Part shown: piece after piece, positions 45,457-56,957 of the stretch
Position numbering within the stretch: the stretch's first letter is position 1
How the letters are laid out: each line of letters begins with the position of its first letter
Position numbers and translations under genes: made by a program
IMG/VR virus record: IMGVR_UViG_2595698668_000001
Location: 1 to 64,000 of that record
Direction: 5' to 3' (one strand)
Origin: a virus
Lineage: Duplodnaviria; Caudoviricetes
DNA: 64,000 nt
The notes under the pieces: model-generated
What the model was told of the DNA's origin: nothing
What the model saw: the letters and a program-made list of their open reading frames with translations, nothing else
Database searches by the model: none

Positions 45457-45744
45457 TTAACACTGATCCGAAGAACTCATCCAATAACCATGACCGTCGC
45501 CATGACCGTAATCCTCGGCTTGTTCCAGTTCCCAATATTCATGACCGAACGGATAGTAAGTCCGACCACTTCCGTAATCCCCTACTGAGAATGATACAAC
45601 ACCAGCATCAGCGAATTTAGTTGCAACATCTTCCATCATTTCCGCCAGTTTAATAACTGTACTCACGGCTTGTTTTGCAGTCATATCGCCACTTGCGTGA
45701 GCCGCTTCAATTTTATCCATTTCTTCTTTGATTTTATCAAACAT
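45457..45744 (-). CDS. Small protein with C-terminal WMSSSDQC motif
   Basis: Helical N-terminus, Gly/Tyr/acidic tail, strong AAGGA SD. Confidence 0.8.
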   Translation of the reverse strand: MFDKIKEEMDKIEAAHASGDMTAKQAVSTVIKLAEMMEDVATKFADAGVVSFSVGDYGSGRTYYPFGHEYWELEQAEDYGHGDGHGYWMSSSDQC

Positions 45745-48700
45745 TTTTTAGTTTCCTTGATTTTAAAATTTATTCGTTGATGACAACAACAAGACGAGAG
45801 TAACTGCTATACATATCATTGGATTTAGACCAAGATACCCCATACCCATCTTTGACCAGACGTTCAACCAGTTCAGAACGGATCTCTGACGGGATGATCT
45901 CGTTGGGGATACTAACCGTTACGTTATAGTCATTTGTCTTTTTGAGAAGATATTCGTAAACGAAATTTAGTGCGTTTTGAATCAAAGCTTCTCGCTTCTC
46001 GGTGATCTTTTTGTGAATTTCAGAGCTTTTCATTACCATCGTTCCCTTTTGTTCAATCCAAATGCAATTGTGTTTTCTATAATGTTATATTGGCGATTTT
46101 CTGATTTGTGCTTGATTTCTTTCAATCGAGACACCAATTCTTTTTTCTCATCACGATTAAACTGGTCTTTATGTAAAATACCACGTTCATTCATCTCATG
46201 AATCAAGACATTCCCTTGGTGATACACCAACTTTATCTCATGTGGTTTAAATCGTCTTGGTAGATTTGGTTCCTCGATGTCAAAAGTAAAAATCAAACCA
46301 TCTACATTATCTTTTCTTGACAAGTTCCATGTAAAAGGGTCGTTATCAATCACCTCGATAATCTTTTTTGCCAACGGTCTGATGTTTGGGATGTGTTTCT
46401 TTAACAACCAAAACATATCACATCACCTCTGGTTGTGTAAATACCGCTCGATATTTCTGTTGAAGACTACGAACTGATACAATCATTGGGGTTTCTGTGT
46501 TACTTTTGAAATCTTTTACCATCAAAGAACCCATACCACCACGAGACATAACAACCCCTTTTTGGAAATGTTCCCCGACTACCCATCCTTTACCTTCAAG
46601 AACGTATACAAGTGCTTCGGAAAAAGTCATATCAAATTTCATCATAATATCCTTACTTTAGATCCGTTTCAAGAAAGTTTTTAAACGCTTCGTTTCTTTT
46701 ATTTTCCTCTACACGAGAAGACAAATTCCTCAAGGCAGTTATAATTCGTTCTCTTTCTCTTTCGTTGAAAACATCATGAACTTTACCATCATCATCATCA
46801 TCATCATACATAATTGAGATTGGAATGTAAATACCCCACACCAATTTTACACCGTCTCCAATAACAAAAGTTGATGCGGATCTGTCTATGTGTTCACGTC
46901 TCAGATCGTCACAACTATCAATGATCTCAATAATCTTATCTACTTTTCCTTGAAGTGGGGTAGGTGTAGAAGGATTAACAACATCCCAATATTGAGGCTG
47001 TTTTTCTGAATTCAAAAGATTAAAAATCCAACCCCAAAATTTACCTTTACCTTGCATATCACTATACCTCTTCAAAAATTTTCAGGTCCGATACAAACTT
47101 GATGTGTTTGTTATCAAGAAGATACTGACCAATCCCCTTTTCGGCTGCATACTTGTCTACCGCACGATACTCTCGGGTTTCGTCGTACACTTGATCGTCT
47201 TGACCAACATAAACAACTTTAAACATATATTCTTTCATATCTATTCTCCCTTGTTTTGATACAGGTATATTCTCATGATTTGAATTTAAAGTCAACTGAT
47301 GTATCCAAACTTTTTCAGTAATTTAAAAACAGGTTCATCTCCCACCTTCGGGTTGCGCCAACATTCATCACCACGGACCCACACACGGGGCAAATGAAGA
47401 ACGGGATCGATGATTTCACCATGATATAGAGTTACCAATACCAATGATTTATCTACCTTAATCGAGTTGTCCAAAGATAAGGCGGCGATGCCGAATTTTT
47501 CTTCGAAATCAAACACATCGCCCATATTTTCAGAAACAACATAATATTTCCAACCAATGTTTTTCATATCATTCTCCACAAAACAAATCCTATATCACAT
47601 AGGATACAGGATTTTCATTTAGAGTCAATCAATTTTTGGGTATTTTGGTACTGTTTTTTCCACCCATTCACATTGATAAACCTTTTCGGTTTTCACATCA
47701 TATTCTTCTGGGATTAGTTCTTTTCCGAACGAGACCCATAACATGACCCACAGAACATACCCAACAACTTGATACCCAGACGCCCCTTTATTAAAGAAAA
47801 CCTGTCGGATTGCCAAAACAAACAATGGAAGAAAAAACCCAACACAAATAATACCGATTGCCCACCACATACGAACTTCTAAGATTGGATCCATCATGAA
47901 AGTGCTTCCTCTTTTGTAATAATAGTAAGTTCTCTGTCTCGGAAATCCCAGTTGTTTCCATTAACGCTACGGATCTCTGTATTTCTAGCTGCGTAAGCAG
48001 ATCCTTCCCCATGCCCACCACCAAATGTGGTAACTTCGGTTGTTACTTTAAATTTCTGACCATCATCGTTTTTTACATAAAATTCGTCTGGTAGTTCGAA
48101 CTGTTTTTCGCCAACCATTTTGACATAACTTGACGCCCAACCACCACCAGAAACATATACAACTTTAACACCAGAAAGATTTTTCTTCAAGATGTTACAA
48201 GTGTTTTCTAAAATTGTGATTAATTGTACTGTGTTTTCACAGAGCCCAACCATATCAGAAATCCGTGACTTCTGTTCTTCGAAAGTGATCATTTCATATC
48301 CTCAATACGAGATTTCAAAACCATCAACGCATCTTCTTGGTTCTTGAGGTCAATAGGACGATTGTGGTTGTTATACATATCCCATAAGATTTTACAGGAT
48401 TCCTCACTGAACACATTATCGAAGATCCTAGGACTTTCACTAATGTCGAAAAGAGATATAATTTTTTCTTCTTTATCGAAATGGATCTGAGTTAGACCGT
48501 CGATTTTCAAAACATTGTTCATAATCCAACTAATCTTACCATTGTTTTCTGCAAAGAACAACCACTTTACGATCTCGTTTTCAATATTTTTCATTCCGGA
48601 ACCACCCACTGAATTTCCAATTGAGAATAAAACTCGTTATTAAGGTCTACAATACACCATCCGTCAAGGGTATCCCAATATTCGATGTCATCTAGGTTGA

Positions 48701-49099
48701 TGCGCCATTTTTCCGACTCGATGCGTCCCTCACCATCAGTCCAAACCGCAATACAGTATCCCTCTCCGGGCATGATATTAGTTAGTTTCATATTAACCCC
48801 ACATTTCGTTGTATTTGATATATGCACATTCGATTATTTCGTCTTTGTGGAATGTTTCGTTTGGGTCAAATGATACCATGTCCACATTAACAGAAGTATC
48901 TGTGTTGTCTTTAAATGTAACAATAAATTTTGTTACATACTGGATTATACCGTTGTTGAAGATTATATTCTTTCCTTTGTCATTACAACCAGTGTCAATC
49001 CGAATTTCAACAATATCAGGTTTCTTCATTGCTATATCCTCAGAAAGTAAAAACCCTATACCAGCGATGATATAGGGTTTTGGTTATACTGTCAATGGA

Positions 49100-50278
49100 T
49101 TATTTCCATTTAGTTGGGACAAATTCGTCCGGATACTTGATAATGACCGACATAATCTCTGGCATCACTTCCAGATCAGGCGCTTGAAACATCTTCATCA
49201 CGATGTTAAAGAACATTCGGTCTTGTTTGAATGTGTTCTGCATAGAGATTGCATATTCGCGCCGTTCCATTCCAGCACAAGCCTTATGGGCCTCTCGGAT
49301 CTTGGTATACGTTGAACCAGCAACACTAACCACATGGTCTTCAAATTCTTGGATTTTTGTTAGAGATAACGAATCATCCAAAAACAGTTGACGTAGGTCA
49401 TCAGACACACCTTGAGCAACTGCAATAACCAAATCCTTGTTGTTGGTAATAGAGTCTTTCAGTTTATGACGCGCTACATATGAGGTGGTCTTGATCTTAA
49501 CGCGGCTACCATCTCGCATAACCAGAATATAACCTTCGATTCCGGTTTCGTTGTACATGTTCGAAATTGCGGTATTAACATCTGTACCTTCTTCAAACAT
49601 GAACTGATCTACCGCGTACTTACGGAACACAGGAGAACGAATCAAACTATTATTTGAATAATATTCCCCAGTATCACGATGACGGACGTTCAGGATCTTG
49701 AGGCTTTCTTCTGGATACATAATAACAATCTGGTTCTTCGGAGAACACCATTCCAAATTCACGGTATAACCAGCTTCTTCGCAATCGATAATGAAGTCCA
49801 AAAGGTCTGTGTGGTTCACCAACCAACGATTCGCGTCATTTGCCTGATCACTATTAATTGAGGTCTTACTTTTCAGCATGTAGTTAATGCGATTGTCGTC
49901 TTCTGGGTCGATGAAGTGATAAGAACTCATCAAACTACCATCTGCTTTATCTTCATATCTATCGATATTAGAATAATCCAATTCCAGTTTATCGAGACCG
50001 ACGACACCGGAATTTGTTAGGTTCCATGCTTGGCGTTCTGCTAGGTTGAAAAACTTTTCCATGGGTCGAGACGCGATCCGGTATGGTTCACCGTTAATCA
50101 GCTCGAACATGATACCGCGACACTCTAGAGCATCTGGGAGCATCCATTGGGTTAGCCCTGCAATGTGATAGGAGAATACCCGAAAATGGTTTCCAATAGA
50201 AGACCAATGGTCACGAAAGAAGAAACAATCTCCATGTTCTTCGGTCAACTTCAAAAGGTTGTTATAAAGTTCTTTCAT
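49100..50278 (-). CDS. rnlA: RNA ligase 1 (T4 RnlA family)
   Basis: ALECRGIMFE...SRPMEKFFN, KADGSL (motif I), NLEW, EGYIL, KIKT. Confidence 0.95.
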   Translation of the reverse strand: MKELYNNLLKLTEEHGDCFFFRDHWSSIGNHFRVFSYHIAGLTQWMLPDALECRGIMFELINGEPYRIASRPMEKFFNLAERQAWNLTNSGVVGLDKLELDYSNIDRYEDKADGSLMSSYHFIDPEDDNRINYMLKSKTSINSDQANDANRWLVNHTDLLDFIIDCEEAGYTVNLEWCSPKNQIVIMYPEESLKILNVRHRDTGEYYSNNSLIRSPVFRKYAVDQFMFEEGTDVNTAISNMYNETGIEGYILVMRDGSRVKIKTTSYVARHKLKDSITNNKDLVIAVAQGVSDDLRQLFLDDSLSLTKIQEFEDHVVSVAGSTYTKIREAHKACAGMERREYAISMQNTFKQDRMFFNIVMKMFQAPDLEVMPEIMSVIIKYPDEFVPTKWK

Positions 50279-51095
50279 TCAGTAATCCCCAAGTTGATAG
50301 TATTGAGATCTTTTAGTTCAGTTTCGGACAATTCGAATGTGACACATCCAACTTTTTTAGCTTGAGTTAAACGGGTCATGATATCGGCAGAACGAGCGAT
50401 AATAAGAGTGATAGTTTCTAAATGTTCTACATCTAGATTTGTCAAGTCAATTTTCATAGAGCATCCATAATAGTTTGGGTATCCATAGCCGCCAACAATT
50501 CAGATTCTCCGAAATGGGCTAGGATATCTTGAATGGTGAAGTAACTTAATACGTCAGAATCACCAAAATGGCTGATAAATTCAGATATGGAAATTGAATT
50601 CATTACTGGTTCTGGGTCTACCTGATCTAAAGTCAAGTAAATGTATGGGTCGTGTCCATATCCACCAGAAATTTCAACACCGCGAGCTTCTAATTCTACA
50701 TCAATTCTATTCATATTAAATCCAATCGTGGATCAGGTTATATTCTTCTTTTGTTAGAATAACCTGAGTTGCTTTCTTATTGAACCATGGGTAATAAATC
50801 CAAGTATACAAAGCAAATTGTTCATCTGTCATGATGTTTTCAAGATTGTCTGGATTTGTCAATTTTACATTTTTAAGGTCAATTACAATTTGCATTTAGA
50901 TATACCTTTCAATAATTTGTAGTTCTTCGATGTCTACCAATATAGTATCCACTAATGGAGACTTCAACGCAGTAACCAACTTCAACAGGACATATTTTTC
51001 GTCTGCGGTTGGTAGATCCCCTCGAATAGTACGCTGGACCCACTCAATTTTTGTGTTTTCCAAAACATATTCTAATTTAATTTCATACTTCATAT

Positions 51096-51317
51096 TTACA
51101 AATCCAACGCATGAACCCAAGAACCAATCAGATACACGGTTCCGGTTTCTGTTTTTACATAACGAACTTCCCCATCAATTTCAATCTTTTCTGTGATTGG
51201 TGAAGTTACAATACTATCCCCATTTTCAAACCGGGTCAGACAATCGTCATAGATAAGACCAGACAGACGGTTTCCGGGAACTGGGCGGACTTTAGAAAGT
51301 GTGGCGTGATGTTTCAT
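51096..51317 (-). CDS. Small conserved phage protein (G.IYDD...RF.NG..I.TS)
   Basis: Motif shared with the frameshifted paralog at 52417-52657. Confidence 0.75.
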   Translation of the reverse strand: MKHHATLSKVRPVPGNRLSGLIYDDCLTRFENGDSIVTSPITEKIEIDGEVRYVKTETGTVYLIGSWVHALDL

Positions 51318-51875
51318 CTCTTATTCCTCAAACGATTCCAGAAACTTGATAATATCAACACGGATCTCTTTTTGTAATGATAAAGTGGGGCTATACGGAT
51401 CAAAATCACAGAGGTCGTAATTTGTCTCTTTCCATGGGTATTCACAAGCCCATGAAAGCATACCTTTATTAATACCATCATTTACGTAAAAATGATATTT
51501 CCCTTCATAACAACGCACTTCCATTAGGTATTTGATGAATTCTTCTGGTGTGACTTTAAACCACTCCTTTACAATCCGTTCACGAGGGAAAGTAATCATA
51601 CCAATTTCTCCATATGTTCACGCATAAGTTCAAACCGACGTTTCATGTCTTCTTCTGTATTTTCGGGAAACCCGATAATGAATTTAATATCACCTCGTTC
51701 CCGAGCTTTCTTGATAATCATCCCCATGATATCAGACTTACCCATGTGATTTCCAAGAGAAGGGATATAGTCGATGACTTTTCCTAACGGTATACCACCT
51801 TTCGGGAAATGGTCAACTGGATACATAAACTGGACATCCATATCAGCGAAAAATTCTTTGTTCATAACAAATACC

Positions 51876-52232
51876 TCATATATCAAATAGTTTGTCTAGA
51901 GACGGTTCAAACAACTTGTTGGCCACATAAGATAGAATGTCGGCATGACACAGTTTAGGTTTACAACAACACCCTAAACGCTTACCTTCGAGTTCTTTGA
52001 AATCTTCACGAGTAAGGTTACCCGTTCTGATCTGTTCTGTCAACCAATTTTTATATTTATCTAAAACAACCTCTCGGTCTTCTTCTCGACGTAAGGGGAA
52101 AGGATTCCCCCACTTAGAAGGACGCATAACAACGACGTCGCAAGGTTCTTTATTCAGGTTTACTGCGCGACATCTATTCATCACGGTCGTGTTCATATAT
52201 AGACATTGGCGCTTGTCCCCAACACCCAACAA
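51876..52232 (-). CDS. DUF4326 protein
   Basis: RPSKWGNPF...LEGKRLGCCCKPKLCHADIL. Confidence 0.9.
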   Translation of the reverse strand: MLGVGDKRQCLYMNTTVMNRCRAVNLNKEPCDVVVMRPSKWGNPFPLRREEDREVVLDKYKNWLTEQIRTGNLTREDFKELEGKRLGCCCKPKLCHADILSYVANKLFEPSLDKLFDI

Positions 52233-52416
52233 ATAGATAAACCAAAAGAAAGGTTACAATTAATATACATTTCATACGTCACTATTATCCTTCACTTCAC
52301 CAAACTCCAACGCACGTTTACAACGTTCTATCTGGTCTGGACGCATCAGCATAACAAGCCCAGTATCAGCCATTATAGATTTAATCGCTTCCCGAAGAAC
52401 TTTGATATGATATTCA

Positions 52417-52657
52417 TCAGACAACATCACTATTATCCTGCATATCGCCATATACCAGTTTATAAACTGTTCCTGACTTGGTTACAATATGAGTTGTTAC
52501 ATCGTTGCAATCCCGAATATATTCAATGATAAAAGAGGTAACTATTTGCTCACCGTCATCAAAACGATTCTTGGTATCACAAAAAAACATAACCAAGTGC
52601 TTTGTTTTCGTTGAACGGATATGGAGACGAGTTTTTTAAAATCGCATCGTGTTTCAT
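52417..52657 (-). pseudogene. Frameshifted paralog of 51096..51317 (extra T in a T7 run)
   Basis: MKHDAILKN...GYVFL*; removing one T at 52581-52587 gives ...GYVFCDTKNRFDDGEQIVTS...VTKSGTVYKL. Confidence 0.75.
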
Positions 52658-53223
52658 TCTTCTACCTCGAACAAACAATCTTCTTCATCCGGATAGCAAT
52701 TATCGATGTTATTGGGCCATTTAACCCAAGTCCAACCCGGTACTACATCCCGATATTCATGGTTTGGGATCACAACACCAATTACATCAATTGGATTCGA
52801 CTCTCCGCCGTTACCATCGTATGCCCAACGGCTTTTTGGATCCAATTTTACCAGAGTACCAATTTTAATATCTTTGTTCATTTTTAACTCTCCGAATATA
52901 CTTCAACAGAAAAAGGCTCGTCGTCAAGGTGGATAACATGGTTTAGTTGACCAAAATAATCGCAAATGGCACAAATCTTTTCTTCGTTGACTCCATATAG
53001 AACAAGTTCCCAACGACTATAACCATACTCACTTTCAGGATAATAAGAATTGTACTTAACTTCTGTTTGTACTGTAGCCAACATGGATGCAACACTGTGA
53101 AGTACGTATTCTTGTTTATCCTCGTCTTTTAATCCAGATTCGATGTATGCAAAGGTCTTACCACCGGATTTGTCTTCGTAACCTTCGAAGTCATCCCAAA
53201 TATTAATATCAATAATTTTCACA

Positions 53224-53598
53224 TCAATCACCGTTAAAATGTATGTTCCAAACAGGACGATATTCCCGAATCAGCCGCTGCTCGTCCATATCTAACATCA
53301 TACTAGAAGACCGGAAAACATACAACCACAAATTCCCCTTGTTGATAGTCTCCACCATCTTTTTGTTCTTGTCAACATTAGATTGTCGGGCGTTTCTCCA
53401 ATTTACACAATTCCTATACGTATCGAATCTCTTCCAAAGATCGTTTGCTTTACCAATATAAAGGACTTTGGTCCCTCGTACAAACGCATATACCACATTT
53501 TGGTAATATGTCGGGACCAACATATCCCTCGATAACAAACCTCGTTCATCTAGATATAGCTTTGATATCTTCTTAAACCCCGGAAGCATATCATTCAC
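53224..53598 (-). CDS. denA: GIY-YIG endonuclease II
   Basis: NVVYAF...LYIGKA...RF..Y...SN..K...E..LI....P.WN; syntenic between td and rnlA. Confidence 0.85.
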   Translation of the reverse strand: MNDMLPGFKKISKLYLDERGLLSRDMLVPTYYQNVVYAFVRGTKVLYIGKANDLWKRFDTYRNCVNWRNARQSNVDKNKKMVETINKGNLWLYVFRSSSMMLDMDEQRLIREYRPVWNIHFNGD

Positions 53599-54256
53599 CC
53601 TTAAAACTTCTACGCATCTTGTATGTCACGATCTGATAATTGAGACATGAGGTAAAAATGGAATGGATCTCATGACGAATTGATTGAGTTAGAGGAATTT
53701 CGACATTTTGTAATTTACAAAACTCAGAATGATAAATTTCCTGAATGTAACCACTATGAGTTAAATCATAAAAAGCCGCCTGTATAGGTTCCTCTATTTC
53801 GTTTTTTTGTAGGTTGTCGAAAATAGACAAGGCAGCAACTATACGTTCCTCCATGATCTTAGCAATGATCATTCCATTTTCATTCATACAACATTTTTCA
53901 GTATCATGATAAATCATTTTTCTTTTTATTCCTAATATAGGTTCGACGATTTAACCGAGTAACAATATTAAAATTTACCAATTCAAGCGTATACTGTTCA
54001 TAAATCCAATAATACAAATCATCAACATTGACATCGGGGTATAATTTTAATACTTCATCACTAATTTCGTTGATATCTTGGTCTGTTGGTCTATAGATAT
54101 AAAAAAGTTTTGATACCGCAATGACAAATTTTTCATTGTCGTCGATATCATTCAATTCCTGTTTGTGCTTTTCCATTCTGGACCGAACGTGCTTATCAAT
54201 AATAGGGAATATATCCCTTGATTCTACACTATATGCACCCGTCTCTCTTGAAAATT

Positions 54257-54730
54257 TCATTTCAACATCCTTATAGCCTCTTTGGCTTTTTCAACAGATA
54301 ACCCTTCTCTATGGATCTTCACCAGATGACTATGGTCATATCGAAGGTCATCAATAATAACGTATTTTTCAACACCACTAACTTTAGCATACTCTTCTGC
54401 ACAAGTAAACCGGTATTCCCCACCACCAGTATAGTCAATTACCCCATCGAGTTTGAGACCAGTGATTTCAGTGAAAACTGTCGAACCAACACAGTCAACA
54501 TCACCACCCCGAAACCAAGAAGAGATTCCTATTAGTTTAACGTCGTCGTAGGCTCTCAGAACGTCGTATAGGTTGTTTAACATCCATGGACATATAAGGT
54601 ATATGATCCCATCAACAACTTCCCATATCGCTTCTGATGAGACGTATGACGATACTTGATTTGTGTGGGCAACTTCTGACGTTTCATAGTTGTTTAGTGG
54701 TCCATCCACATCTAAGAAAACATACCTCAT
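54257..54730 (-). CDS. HAD-superfamily phosphatase (RNA-repair 'Swiss army knife' HAD-like)
   Basis: FLDVDGPLN, ISSW, YVIIDD. Confidence 0.8.
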   Translation of the reverse strand: MRYVFLDVDGPLNNYETSEVAHTNQVSSYVSSEAIWEVVDGIIYLICPWMLNNLYDVLRAYDDVKLIGISSWFRGGDVDCVGSTVFTEITGLKLDGVIDYTGGGEYRFTCAEEYAKVSGVEKYVIIDDLRYDHSHLVKIHREGLSVEKAKEAIRMLK

Positions 54731-55754
54731 ACAAGAACCCGTGATGCAAGGATCGCCGAATGGCGCTTCAACTTGGTTTCCAAAGATTCTAATTTATACC
54801 AATCAGTCCATCGTGTCATTTCTTTACTTCCAATAGTACCAGTGAACCAATCGGATATTGAAGGTGGATTATAAAATCCAGTGGAAATACTCATCCTAAT
54901 TTTATGACAAAAGTAAAAAGTCACATAATAGGTGCTTTCTGAACCTAATTTCAAAGACCAGACTTTGGTTGTTGAAAATACCTTCGTCATCTCGAATTGT
55001 GCATCTGGTAGGAAAGAATGAATAAAATATTTCTTGTGATCGAATCCTTCATCAACCAATGTCTTGTAGAGGTCAGATGCTACTTCAATCAACTCGCGTA
55101 GGTTAACTTTCCAACCATATCCGAGGTTAATTACCCCGATATATGCTGGTGTAATATTTTTGTTTAAAATATTGAGGACACGTCTCCCCGAATCGGTTTG
55201 TGTGATGATGAAATCATAATCCCACAGACTGAAAACATGTGCGCGGTTTACTGATTTTAGTTTTGATTCTATAGCTTGTACGTAAGAAAATTCATGATCC
55301 ATCATACTTTTGATACCAGCCATAGCAAGAGATAGACAGATTGGATAACCGAAATAGTCCGCAGTATCTTTATGGAGTTGTGTGTACATTTTATTCCTCG
55401 TCGTAAACTGGTTCAAAAATAACAGATTTACCGTACTTAGTAAATCCTTCTTTGGTGCTATACACCATATTTTTAAGATTACCTTTTATCCAACCGGTTT
55501 TTTGTTCTGGTGTACATTCCTCCCACGAACTCATCAACCCATTAGGATAGCAATTTTGGAAGTGATAAACCTCAACAGGTTTATCGTATTTGTTTTCCAT
55601 ATATGAAATGGAAGAATAGATCGAAGACTTATCATAGTGGGTTGGGAAGATCCAGTTCTCAACATCACCAGTCTTCTTATTGAGTGAAACTATTAGGGTA
55701 ACCGTGTTTACATTAATTTTCATGATATGTCTCCTTGTCTTTCGATACACATAA

Positions 55755-55791
55755 GATACAGAAAAGCCGAAAGCATGTCAACACTTTCGGC
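55755..55791 (-). promoter_or_regulatory. td terminator doubling as an early promoter (-35 in the loop)
   Basis: AGCCGAAAG-TGTTGACATG-CTTTCGGCT-TTT; TTGACA-N17-TATCTT. Confidence 0.8.
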
Positions 55792-55798
55792 TAGATTT

Positions 55799-56671
55799 TT
55801 AAGCAGCAAACGGAATATCTAGTTTTCCGTTATGAAGATAACCATCAATTGTTACAATATCGTAAACTTTGTTCTTTTCATCAAGCACATAGTTTAGATC
55901 GACACATTTCTCGTCAAAAACCAACACGGGGTTGTTTAGTGGGTGTGGTTCTCGTTTCAGAAACTCTTCACATGCGTCGAATTGATTTTCGTAAATGTGA
56001 ACGTTGTTCATAACATGGGTAACCTTCCCGACCTTATGACCCGTGATCTTAGCCATCAGTTCTAGGAAAAACCATGCTTGGAGCATATTGGCGGGGCCAC
56101 CTAGAAGGATGTCAGTGCTACGTTGATACGACGTAAGGTGAAGGGTATCACCGATAAGCTGGAACTGGTGCATCATCATACAAGGACGTAAACAACCTTC
56201 TTCGAACCGAGAAGGATCCCAGAAGGTGATGATCTCACCGCGATTATCAATACCAGCTTTCAGATCTTCATACACATCCCAAAGTAGGTCATATTCCCCA
56301 CCCATGTTACCAAAGTCACGGGCGATTGCACCATAGACGTTACCCATATCATCCTCACCTAGTCGGTTCGGATTGGCTAACCATGCTTTTGTCTCATTTG
56401 CGTTGGCATCCCATGTACGAGTCCCGAGATCCCGAAATTGCTTTGCGCTGGTATATCCTCGCAGATAACCCACAAACTCAGCGATGAACATCTTGAAGAA
56501 AACGTGTTTATGAGAAATCATCGGACATCGGTCATAAACCATAACATGAGTTGGAATAGTTCGACAAACATATCCAGTACGAGAGTTGAAGATGTCATGA
56601 CCAGATTCAAAAACATTCTTTACTAGATTGTAATATTCTGATTCGTACTTACCTTGTGGGAGTAATGTCAT
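55799..56671 (-). CDS. td: Thymidylate synthase (no intron)
   Basis: SRTG, GNVYG, LRPC, YQRSTD, PAN, HIYENQ. Confidence 0.97.
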   Translation of the reverse strand: MTLLPQGKYESEYYNLVKNVFESGHDIFNSRTGYVCRTIPTHVMVYDRCPMISHKHVFFKMFIAEFVGYLRGYTSAKQFRDLGTRTWDANANETKAWLANPNRLGEDDMGNVYGAIARDFGNMGGEYDLLWDVYEDLKAGIDNRGEIITFWDPSRFEEGCLRPCMMMHQFQLIGDTLHLTSYQRSTDILLGGPANMLQAWFFLELMAKITGHKVGKVTHVMNNVHIYENQFDACEEFLKREPHPLNNPVLVFDEKCVDLNYVLDEKNKVYDIVTIDGYLHNGKLDIPFAA

Positions 56672-56957
56672 TGCATCAAGATCCCACCGGTAGATTTGCT
56701 ATAACCCCCAAGAGCCTCAGTAGAACTCTTAACGTTTTCCATCTGCTCATAGAAAGTCGTCATAGCAAGCTGCATTTCGGTAAATCCGGCGCGGAGTTCC
56801 GTATTTGATTCAACTAGACTTTGAATTGTCGCTTCGTGCGTCTTGATTGTTTCTCGCTGGTGTTCCAACTGTTTAACCATTGCGTCGATCATAAAATTTT
56901 GCACAAAAATGGATTCTTCTACGGTTGGATTTTCTTTTTCGATTAGTTCATTGATAT

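Noticed and set aside
46787-46805. (CAT)n microsatellite
   Set aside because: Encodes an in-frame poly-Asp run, so length changes would not switch expression
55799-56671. Group I intron in td as in T4
   Set aside because: The ORF is continuous and full length
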